From the IMG/VR virus record IMGVR_UViG_3300049215_000070: DNA of 64,000 nt. One strand, given 5' to 3'. Shown piece by piece: positions 27,808-36,040 of this stretch. The DNA comes from a virus. Taxonomy: Duplodnaviria > Heunggongvirae > Uroviricota > Caudoviricetes. The notes beneath the pieces were generated by a model, which saw only the letters and a list, made by a program, of their open reading frames with translations, searched no databases and was not told the DNA's origin. Position numbers and translations under genes: made by a program. How positions within the stretch are numbered: position 1 is the stretch's first letter; the number at the start of each line of letters is the position of its first letter.

Positions 27808-29265
27808 ATGTCGAAACTCAGAGAAATCTACAAGGGCTCATTCAAAGGGCGTCGTAACAAGCACGACGTGGTAACGGCGTACGACGGCGGATACATGGAT
27901 TTTTCCACGTCCTCTTTCGATCCGAGCACGGTTGTTCCCACGGCGGTTGACACCGGGTACGGCAGCGGCTACAACCCCAGCACCGACCCCAATGTCGCCG
28001 GTTACACGGGATCACAAGACAGCAGCCTTGCGGCGCCCGCGGCCACGGGGCTGGATCAAAATTACCTGTCGACAATCAACGCCGAGCTTGCCGCCGACCC
28101 TACCGGAGAAAACGCCGCCGCCAGTTTTGATAGCAGCAAATCAAAATCTGGCTCATCTTCTGGCTCATCTGCCGCGTCAAGCGCCGCAGGTGGTGCGCTT
28201 GGTACGCTACTCAAGGCGCTGGGTCTTGGGAGCGGAAACACCAGCGCGCAAGGTATCACCGCGCTGGCCGGGCTGCTCTCTGCCGCTGGGCAGTACAAGC
28301 AAAACTCCGCGTACGCGCCGACGTTTGCGCCGCCCGCGTTATTTGGCGGGACCTCAGGGACCACATCCGGCAACACCGCAGGCATCGCGTCGACCGGGTA
28401 CGGACCCGCTGGCGGCTACAACTACGCCAACTACAAAGGCCTGGTAGCGGGCGCCCCCGGGCTGGGTTACGCGCCGCAGACCGCGACCACGCCCACGATC
28501 CCAAATTACTACACCTACGGTCAGGGTCCGCAGCAGAGCTTTTTCACCACGACGCCGTCGAGCGCCACGCAGCCCACCGCAATGAAAAAAGGCGGCAAGG
28601 TCAGCACGCCGCAGCGTTTTGCCATGGGCGGGTTCAACACCGGCATGATGCCGCCCGTCCACCCCAACATGGGCACGATCACCCCCAGTATGGGGGTGCC
28701 TAGCGCCAATCCAATGGCGGGCGGTATTACGACCAGCGGCCCGTCAAACCCGACCGGCACGCCATCCTTTGGCGCAATGCCCGCGCAACGCGGCGCGCAA
28801 GTGCGCCCGGCGGTCCCGGCCACAATGCCTCCGCAGCAGACCCACACGCAGCCCATGCCGGGTCGAGCCTTTGCGAATGGCGGCAGCGCCGCGCCTCAAG
28901 CGTCGTCCTCGTCGTTTACCAGCCAGGTGCCTCAAAACCTGTCTGGGGTGCTCTCAGGGATGCGCAAAGCCTCTACCCCTAGTCACGCACCCCCGCTGGC
29001 TACGGGCGGCGCCTTGGCCTCCGTAAGCCGTCACGTCAAGGGTCCGGGGGATGGTACTAATGACAAAATTCCGGCACGCCTATCGCCCGGAGAATTCGTA
29101 ATTTCTGCGGATGTTGTAAGCGGCATCGGTAATGGTGACAATGGTGCAGGCGCCAGAAAACTCGATGCGTTTATGAAAAACGTCAGGAAGCACAAAGCAG
29201 AAAATGGATCTAAGGGTAAATTGCCAGCCAATGCTAGGCCAGTGGCAAGTTATCTAGGGAAGTAG
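27808..29265 (+). CDS. internal virion (ejection) protein, paralogous to upstream gene
   Basis: Shares NYYTYGQGPQQSFF. Contains KKGGKVS and FANGGSA motifs. Confidence 0.5.
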   Translation: MSKLREIYKGSFKGRRNKHDVVTAYDGGYMDFSTSSFDPSTVVPTAVDTGYGSGYNPSTDPNVAGYTGSQDSSLAAPAATGLDQNYLSTINAELAADPTGENAAASFDSSKSKSGSSSGSSAASSAAGGALGTLLKALGLGSGNTSAQGITALAGLLSAAGQYKQNSAYAPTFAPPALFGGTSGTTSGNTAGIASTGYGPAGGYNYANYKGLVAGAPGLGYAPQTATTPTIPNYYTYGQGPQQSFFTTTPSSATQPTAMKKGGKVSTPQRFAMGGFNTGMMPPVHPNMGTITPSMGVPSANPMAGGITTSGPSNPTGTPSFGAMPAQRGAQVRPAVPATMPPQQTHTQPMPGRAFANGGSAAPQASSSSFTSQVPQNLSGVLSGMRKASTPSHAPPLATGGALASVSRHVKGPGDGTNDKIPARLSPGEFVISADVVSGIGNGDNGAGARKLDAFMKNVRKHKAENGSKGKLPANARPVASYLGK

Positions 29266-29267
29266 CT

Positions 29268-29375
29268 ATGTATCGCGTTTACCAAATTATCAATGCTGAG
29301 TCTAAAAAAAGATACATCGGAATGACCAGAATGTCAGGACGCGAGCACTTCGGACACGCGTCAGTGGTGGCGTAA
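29268..29375 (+). pseudogene. GIY-YIG homing endonuclease N-terminal remnant (35 codons)
   Basis: MYRVYQIINAESKKRYIGMTRMSGREHFGH aligns with GIYxIxN...YIGS..R..H of I-TevI-like enzymes. AT-richer island. TAATG overlap with the next gene. Confidence 0.55.
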
Positions 29376-30472
29376 TGGGCGCACTCAGCTTTCTCAATCA
29401 GGGCACGGCGCCGAGCGCCAGCTCAAACTACAGCCAAAGCTCGACCCAGCTTCCCAGCTGGTACACGGACTACACGCAGCAAATCCTGAACACCGCGGCG
29501 CAGTTTGCCGCGCAACCGTATCAAACGTATCAGGGTCCGCGCATAGCCGCTCAAGACCAGAACACGGAAAACGCTTATTCCGCGGCCCCCGGCATCGCGA
29601 ACACCGCGAGCGGCACGAACACCACCGCGCAGAATTTGATTCAGCAGGGCGCGAATCAGAACAACCCCTTAGGGGCGGCGCAGCCGTACCTCAATCAGGG
29701 CACAGACCCGACGTACAACACGGTTCAGAATTACATGAACCCGTACAACACGGATGTCACGAATGCCATCGCGACCGCGGGCAACACAAATTTCAATCAG
29801 AACACGCTCCCGGCGCTGCAGTCGTCTATCATTGGTGCGGGCAACATCACCGGCAGCTCGACGGAGGGAACAAACCTCATCGAGAACGCGGAACAACAAA
29901 ACAACCAGAACATCACAAACGCGCAAGCCGCGGCGCTGCAGTCTGGGTACACGGGATCTTTGAACGCCGCGCAACAAGGCAACGCAAACGCGCTCACCGC
30001 CGGTCAAACCGCCGCCAACGCAAACACCGCGCAAGCCAACACCTCAATCAACGCCGGGACCGCGGCGTCGAACGCAGGCACTCAAGCCACCGCGAACGAG
30101 CTTGCCGCGTCGAACAATGAAAACACTCTGGGTCAGCAAAATCAGGGGTATAATCAATCCAATTTGAACCTGGCGTACCAGGACTACCTGAACCAGCTCA
30201 ATTACCCGCTCACTCGGGTCAGCGAGATGCAGGGCGCGCTATCAGGGATTCAGGTGCCGTCCGCCACCGTGAACTACAACTACGGTACCGGCGTCGGCGG
30301 CGGCAACGGCAGCGCGCAGGGCAGCACAACGTCGCCGCTTGCGAGCTTGTTCGGCACCGGAGTTGGCGCCGCGGCAGGCGCGGCTGGCAGCACGACCCCA
30401 ACCACAACCAACACCGCAGCCGGGCCGTCAAATGTCGGCGGGTTTGTCAACGGCGTCTGGCAAGGGAGTTAG
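29375..30472 (+). CDS. internal virion protein, Asn/Gln/Thr-rich (365 aa)
   Basis: Low-complexity ORF in the ejection-protein block. Confidence 0.5.
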   Translation: MGALSFLNQGTAPSASSNYSQSSTQLPSWYTDYTQQILNTAAQFAAQPYQTYQGPRIAAQDQNTENAYSAAPGIANTASGTNTTAQNLIQQGANQNNPLGAAQPYLNQGTDPTYNTVQNYMNPYNTDVTNAIATAGNTNFNQNTLPALQSSIIGAGNITGSSTEGTNLIENAEQQNNQNITNAQAAALQSGYTGSLNAAQQGNANALTAGQTAANANTAQANTSINAGTAASNAGTQATANELAASNNENTLGQQNQGYNQSNLNLAYQDYLNQLNYPLTRVSEMQGALSGIQVPSATVNYNYGTGVGGGNGSAQGSTTSPLASLFGTGVGAAAGAAGSTTPTTTNTAAGPSNVGGFVNGVWQGS

Positions 30473-30473
30473 C

Positions 30474-32291
30474 ATGGCTGAGCAAGTCAACAGCATGGGC
30501 ATTCCACTTGAAGATGCCGAGCTGGACGATCCAAGTAGCAACATAGACGCCCCTGACCCGTTGCTTGACGAGTCCCCTCGAAGCGGCGCGCTTGCGGCTG
30601 TCACTCAAGGTGGCGCACGCCGAGCGGCCAAAGATCGCTACGACGAGAACAACGCCGAGATGGACGATTTGCGTCAGCAGTACGCAAGCACCGCCAAACA
30701 GCAAGCGGACGCGTACGCTCAGCAGAAAGCGCAAATTGACGCAGCGACCGCGCGCCTCCAGGGCATGCAGGTTGGCCCCAGCGACCAGGAGAAGCTGTAC
30801 CGTATCGCGGCGGCTGGCGCCACACCAAACCACAACGGCGTCGACATCGCCGGGATCAACGCCACGCAGGCCGACGTACTCAAAGAACGGCGCGAAGCGG
30901 AGCTGCAAAAGCAAAACCTTCTCGCTCAGTACGGATTTCAGGGTCCGCAGGCCACCATTGGCGCAACCAATGCAAAGTTGAATCAGCTCACGCAGCAGCA
31001 GCGCATCGTCGCCGGTCAGCTCAACAGCGCAGGCAACCAGCAATTCCGTGGGCAAGCCAACATGCCGTTTGGGTTAACCCAGAACGCCGACGGCTCCGTT
31101 TCTGTCGCCCCTGGCATGGAGCAGTACTGGAACGAAAAATCACTGGCTGCCATGTACGGCAAAGGCTACATGAAGCCGAACCCGGACGGATCTAAGTCCT
31201 GGATATCGCTCGCGCCTTTGGCCGCATCTTTGCAGCGCGGGCAGCAACCGCCTCAGCAAGCGCCGCAACAGGCACCGCAACAGGCACCGCAAACGCCGCC
31301 ACAGCAAGGTGGGGGAGCAATAACTCCTCAAGCACCTCGTCCAGTCGCGGCTGCGGCACCTTCTGCGGCACCGGCAGCAACAGCCCCGCAAATCCCATCC
31401 GCACCTACGGCACTCCAAGCGCCAGCAAAGCCTCTGCCCAGCCCGTATGACGATTTGTTCATACCGTCCACGGTGCTAGACCCGAAATACGGCGCGCTTA
31501 CGCCTGCAACCAAGCCCGCGTACGTTGCCACCGCGGCGCAGGCTTTCGATCCCGCGTACTTCAAAGAGTACCAGTTTCAGGCGAACAATTTTGGCGACAT
31601 GGATGTTCGCAAAAAAAACCTGGAGAAAGAAGCCGCCGAGCTTGCGGAAGCGGGCAACAGCGCAAAAAGCGTCATCTACAATTACGGTCAGGCGCTGCAT
31701 CAAATGGACCAATTGAACGACCCGCAGCTTCTCAGCGGACCCGCGGGCGCAAAAATTGGCGCGTTCGAGAACACGCTTCGCGGCGTGCTGCCAGATACCG
31801 TAACGCAGCAGCTTTTTAGCGACCCAAACCTGAAAAAACTCGCCACTCAACAGGACACAGACAAGTACTTTTTGAACGCGGCGACAACCGGCCTAAAAGC
31901 TATTTACGGTGGCCGCATCACGAACATGGAAGTGCAGCAACGACTCAAGAGCCTGCCCAGCAATAACCTGCTCCCGGCGGTGACGCGCATGCTAGCCGCG
32001 GCGCAGGCCGAGGTCGCTCAAGATACGGTCAACAAGGGCAAGCTATTTGGCGCTTACGTGCGCAAAGGTGGAGATCCCGCACCGGGAACTTTCAACACCT
32101 GGTACGAGGCAAACTTTGACCCGTTTGGTGAAAGCCGTCTCAAGCAAAATTTGAATCAGCTGCAAACCGTTGCCCCTGCAAAAACCGCCGCACCCGCTGC
32201 GCAAAACCCGCTGGTTGCTTACTACAGCGGCCCGTACGCCGCCTGGGTTGCTGGCGGTAAAAAAGGCCCGCAACCCCCGAGACCTCGGTAA
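30474..32291 (+). CDS. internal virion protein (605 aa) with QQAPQQAPQQAPQ repeat
   Basis: ATG 2 nt after the upstream stop. Gln-rich. Confidence 0.5.
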   Translation: MAEQVNSMGIPLEDAELDDPSSNIDAPDPLLDESPRSGALAAVTQGGARRAAKDRYDENNAEMDDLRQQYASTAKQQADAYAQQKAQIDAATARLQGMQVGPSDQEKLYRIAAAGATPNHNGVDIAGINATQADVLKERREAELQKQNLLAQYGFQGPQATIGATNAKLNQLTQQQRIVAGQLNSAGNQQFRGQANMPFGLTQNADGSVSVAPGMEQYWNEKSLAAMYGKGYMKPNPDGSKSWISLAPLAASLQRGQQPPQQAPQQAPQQAPQTPPQQGGGAITPQAPRPVAAAAPSAAPAATAPQIPSAPTALQAPAKPLPSPYDDLFIPSTVLDPKYGALTPATKPAYVATAAQAFDPAYFKEYQFQANNFGDMDVRKKNLEKEAAELAEAGNSAKSVIYNYGQALHQMDQLNDPQLLSGPAGAKIGAFENTLRGVLPDTVTQQLFSDPNLKKLATQQDTDKYFLNAATTGLKAIYGGRITNMEVQQRLKSLPSNNLLPAVTRMLAAAQAEVAQDTVNKGKLFGAYVRKGGDPAPGTFNTWYEANFDPFGESRLKQNLNQLQTVAPAKTAAPAAQNPLVAYYSGPYAAWVAGGKKGPQPPRPR

Positions 32292-34255
32292 TGGCAAACG
32301 ATACGGACTTACTTGCGGCCTTAAAGGCCGCGCATGACGCCGGGGATGACGAGGCGGCGGCGGCTATTGCCGCGCAAATGTCGGCGCAACCGGTGACGCA
32401 TGAACCGGTCAAACAACCGGACACGTTGACCATTACTCCATCAGATCCATCAGAGCAACCAGGTGGCGAGCACTGGATGGAAAAATACGGCCCGACGTCA
32501 GGTATGAGCGGGCTGGATAAATTTCGTGCGGGAATTGGTCAATCTTTTGTTGACACCGGGCGAGGAATATCGCAATTATTTGGTGGTCAATCCAAGTCGG
32601 ACACCGACGAGCAGCGCCGATTAGACGCGCCCCTCGACAGGACCGGCGCTGGATTGGCCGGTAACATCCTGGGAGGCGTGGCGCAATCCGCGTTGCCCGG
32701 GTTGGGCGCCGAGGCAGCAGGCGCAAAGATCGCCTCAGGGCTTGCGACAAGTCCCGGCGCGCTGCAGGCCGCGCAGGCCATTTACCGCATCGCGCGTCCC
32801 GCCGCAACCGGCGCCGCGTACGGAGCGTTAGCACCAGTCGGAAGCAATGAGACGCGCGCAGGGAACGCCGGTCTGGGCGCCGCTGCGGGTGAGGTCGGTC
32901 AGGTGCTGGGTAACGCGGGCGCGAATGTGCTGCGCTCCGGTGAGGATGCGCTTACAGCTGGCGCTCGCAAAGGCGCCGACATCGCCCGCAAGTACGGCAT
33001 TCCGTTAAGTATGCCGCAGCTCGCAGGCAAATTTACCGGTTTCGTTGGGGACACGCTTGATAAACTGCCGTTCAGCGGTGCGAGCGACCGACGAGACGCG
33101 CAGCGAAGCGCATTCAATGACGCGCTGGGTCGTACCGCCGGAATACCAAACGCGCAAGGCGCGATCAACACCGACATGGTTGACCACGCGCGAGACACCG
33201 TAGGCAGCGCCATTGGCAACATGGCGAGCAACCGTGTCGCGCTTGTTACCCCGAAACAAGTTCAAGGTGTCACGCAGCTTCTGCAGGACGTGAATGACGT
33301 CTCGACGCCTGAGACGGCGCGCGTAGTCAACAACTACGCCAACAAAATGTTCGGTATGGGCGCGTCCGGTCCTTCCAAAGTCATCCCCATCAACAATGCG
33401 CTTCCCGGCGGACCCATCGCGCAAATACCTGGCGACGCTTGGCGCGAACAGAACACACAAATCGGGAACCACATCCGCAGGCTTGGGCCAAACGACGGCG
33501 ACCTGAAGTACTACCTGGGCGAGCTGCAAGACCATTACATGGATACTATGCAGAACGCGATGTCGCCCGAAGAATTCAATCAATTCCAAAGTTTGCGCGG
33601 GCAATACCGCAACAATCGAACCATCGCCCCGCTTGCTGAAAAAGCAGGCGACGAAGGTATCAACCCGTTGCTGGTGCAAGCGAGAGCTATTTCGGCCAAA
33701 AACAACCGCGGCGACGTTGGAGAGCTTGGGGATTTTGCCAAGTCAATGCTCGCCAAAAAATACCCGGACAGCGGCACCGCGCAACGCGCGCTGATGTACT
33801 CCGCGATTACCGGCGGATTGGGCGCTGGGGCTGGCGCGTTACTAGACGACGAAAATCACGGCACGGGCGCGGCATATGGAGCGCTCCCTGGCGCGGCGAT
33901 GATCGCTGGCGGGTTGGCCGGTCGAGGTCTGAATTCTCAGGCGCTCAGTCGGTTGTATCAGGCGCGCATGCCGGAGCCTGTTGCGGGCACGATTCGAGAC
34001 CTGGCGGCTCGTAGCCCGGTTGCGGCGCAGCGCGCGGAGCAAGTAATCGCGCCACAGGAAGGATACGCAGACGGCGGCGAAGTCAAAAAATCAACCTTCT
34101 GGGATCTTGTGCAGCAAGCTGTCAAAGAGCTAGCTTCACCCAGCACCAATGCACCGCCCACGCCGACACCAGCACCCGGCACAGTAGCATCAGGCAGTGT
34201 AGGCCAAGACTTTGACAATAAGGTGAACCAAGCCGTGCAAGGCGCCGGTGGTTAG
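32291..34255 (+). CDS. internal virion (ejection) protein (654 aa) with C-terminal YADGGEV motif
   Basis: TAATG coupling. Gly/Ala-rich. Confidence 0.5.
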   Translation: MANDTDLLAALKAAHDAGDDEAAAAIAAQMSAQPVTHEPVKQPDTLTITPSDPSEQPGGEHWMEKYGPTSGMSGLDKFRAGIGQSFVDTGRGISQLFGGQSKSDTDEQRRLDAPLDRTGAGLAGNILGGVAQSALPGLGAEAAGAKIASGLATSPGALQAAQAIYRIARPAATGAAYGALAPVGSNETRAGNAGLGAAAGEVGQVLGNAGANVLRSGEDALTAGARKGADIARKYGIPLSMPQLAGKFTGFVGDTLDKLPFSGASDRRDAQRSAFNDALGRTAGIPNAQGAINTDMVDHARDTVGSAIGNMASNRVALVTPKQVQGVTQLLQDVNDVSTPETARVVNNYANKMFGMGASGPSKVIPINNALPGGPIAQIPGDAWREQNTQIGNHIRRLGPNDGDLKYYLGELQDHYMDTMQNAMSPEEFNQFQSLRGQYRNNRTIAPLAEKAGDEGINPLLVQARAISAKNNRGDVGELGDFAKSMLAKKYPDSGTAQRALMYSAITGGLGAGAGALLDDENHGTGAAYGALPGAAMIAGGLAGRGLNSQALSRLYQARMPEPVAGTIRDLAARSPVAAQRAEQVIAPQEGYADGGEVKKSTFWDLVQQAVKELASPSTNAPPTPTPAPGTVASGSVGQDFDNKVNQAVQGAGG

Positions 34256-34371
34256 CGGCGGCTTGATCCCAGGCGTCTGAGAGCGCGTACGCAGCCAGGC
34301 ACCCAAAAAACCCAATCAGCATCAAAATTAGCATGGTCATCTCCTGTTAAGATGACCCAATCTACTGCGTC

Positions 34372-34908
34372 TTGAAGGTAAAGTCAATGTTTGACCGCAT
34401 AATCGACTTCTTCTTCCAGTTCGCAAGTTTGTTTCAATTTTGGGTGATTTTGGAGCCGTATGACGAAGGCGTGCGCCTGAGGCTAGGAAAGCAGCACGGT
34501 GGCCCGCTGAGATGCGGGTTGCACTGGAAAATACCGTTCAAGGTCGACCAAATCCTGACGCTGCAGGTGGTCCCTTCGACGCACAGCCTGGGCGACGAAA
34601 GCGTGATGACAAAAGATGGGAAGTCCATCACGTTTCACGCGATTATAACTTTTCAGATCAGCGACATCGAGAAAGCTCTTCTCAAAGTTCATGACGTAGA
34701 TCACGCTGTGAGAGATAGCTGCTCCGGTGAGGTGGGTCGCGTATTGCGCGAAAGCACATGGGATGAGATATTGAAAGATGACATTCTCGATAAGCTGACC
34801 GCGGCCTGCCGAAAAAAGGGCTGGCGCTGGGGGTTGGAGATCATGTCGGTGCAGCTTGCCGGGTTGTCTATCGCGCGCAATATTCGTCTCATGAACAGTA
34901 GCAGGTAA
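34372..34908 (+). CDS. SPFH/band-7 (stomatin/HflK/C-like) domain protein with N-terminal hydrophobic anchor
   Basis: GLHWKIPF..VDQI..LQVVP...DESVMTKDGKSITFHAIITFQISD...VGRVLRESTWDEIL...WGLEIMSVQLAGLSI follows the SPFH consensus. Alternative ATG start at 34387. Confidence 0.65.
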   Translation: MKVKSMFDRIIDFFFQFASLFQFWVILEPYDEGVRLRLGKQHGGPLRCGLHWKIPFKVDQILTLQVVPSTHSLGDESVMTKDGKSITFHAIITFQISDIEKALLKVHDVDHAVRDSCSGEVGRVLRESTWDEILKDDILDKLTAACRKKGWRWGLEIMSVQLAGLSIARNIRLMNSSR

Positions 34909-34909
34909 A

Positions 34910-36040
34910 ATGTCAAACACACCCGATGAACGTTCAGTCAAGATCGCTAAACTCCACGCCAAGGGCCTTTCCCAAAGGGAAATAGCCAAAAAACTCGGCA
35001 TCGCGCAAAGCACCGTCTCGGAGCGCCTCAAAAAAGTAGGCGGCTCATTCCCCGCACCAGACGGGCATTACGTCAAAGCAACCTCCACCCTTTACAGCCC
35101 AGACGGCGAGATCAAGCTTCAGTGGGTGAAATCTAGCCTAGATGAAGAGGCGCGTCAAGCAGCAGAGAAGGCCGCATTTGCGGCACTGTGCGAGACGCTG
35201 CCACGGTATGTGCCGACCAACGGCCCCGGGCACACCGACGCGGAGCTTGCGAACCTGTACGTGTTTACAGATTGTCACGTAGGCATGCTGGCATGGGGCA
35301 AGGAAACCGGGGACGACTGGGACACGGGAATCGCTGAGCGCACGCTGATTCGAACTTTCGAGGCAATGATCGCGGGCAGCCCCAAGGCGCGGGTTGCTAT
35401 AATTGGGCAGATGGGGGATTTTTTGCATTTTGACGGTTTACTGGCCGTTACCCCCACATCCAAGCACGTACTTGACGCCGACAGCCGATTCTCAAAAATT
35501 GTCAAGATCGCGATACGGGTGCTGCGGTACATCATCGACATGGCGCTTCTCAATCACGAGGAGGTCCACGTCGTCATGGCGGACGCGAATCACGACCCGG
35601 CGAGCCAGGTTTGGCTGCGGCACATGTTCACCGCGCTGTACGAGAACGAGCCGCGCGTCAAGGTCAACGACAGCGAAAAGCCTTTCTATGCGTACCAGCA
35701 CGGCGAAACCATGATCGGGTTTCACCACGGGCACACGCTGAAAAAAGAAAAGCTCCCGCTGCTGCTTGCCACGCTGTACCCCAAGATGTGGGGCAACACG
35801 CTCAAGCGATACTGCCACACCGGTCATCTGCACACGGTGGACGAGGTCGAGGCCAACGGCATGAAGATCGTGCAGCATCCCACTATTGCCGCCAAGGACG
35901 CGTACGCGGTTCGTAACGGCTGGGTAAGTCAGCGACAAGCATCATGCATTACCTATCACCAGTCTTATGGCGAAGTCGGTCGCACCGTCGTCTGCCCCGA
36001 GATGTTCGAGACAATTAATGGACCCACAAACCCTCATTGA
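34910..36040 (+). CDS. HTH (sigma70 region-4/LuxR-like) fused to a calcineurin-like metallophosphoesterase domain
   Basis: GLSQREIAKKLGIAQSTVSERLKK helix-turn-helix. Phosphoesterase motifs DCHVG, GDFLHFDG, ANHD, HHGH, GHLH in canonical order. Confidence 0.6.
   Translation: MSNTPDERSVKIAKLHAKGLSQREIAKKLGIAQSTVSERLKKVGGSFPAPDGHYVKATSTLYSPDGEIKLQWVKSSLDEEARQAAEKAAFAALCETLPRYVPTNGPGHTDAELANLYVFTDCHVGMLAWGKETGDDWDTGIAERTLIRTFEAMIAGSPKARVAIIGQMGDFLHFDGLLAVTPTSKHVLDADSRFSKIVKIAIRVLRYIIDMALLNHEEVHVVMADANHDPASQVWLRHMFTALYENEPRVKVNDSEKPFYAYQHGETMIGFHHGHTLKKEKLPLLLATLYPKMWGNTLKRYCHTGHLHTVDEVEANGMKIVQHPTIAAKDAYAVRNGWVSQRQASCITYHQSYGEVGRTVVCPEMFETINGPTNPH

Noticed and set aside
34122-34340. Minus-strand 72-aa hydrophobic ORF with AGGAGA RBS in the gap before the SPFH gene
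   Set aside because: Its first 28 codons are intergenic and plausible, but the ORF runs 130 bp antisense into the 3' end of gene 32291..34255. It is left uncalled.
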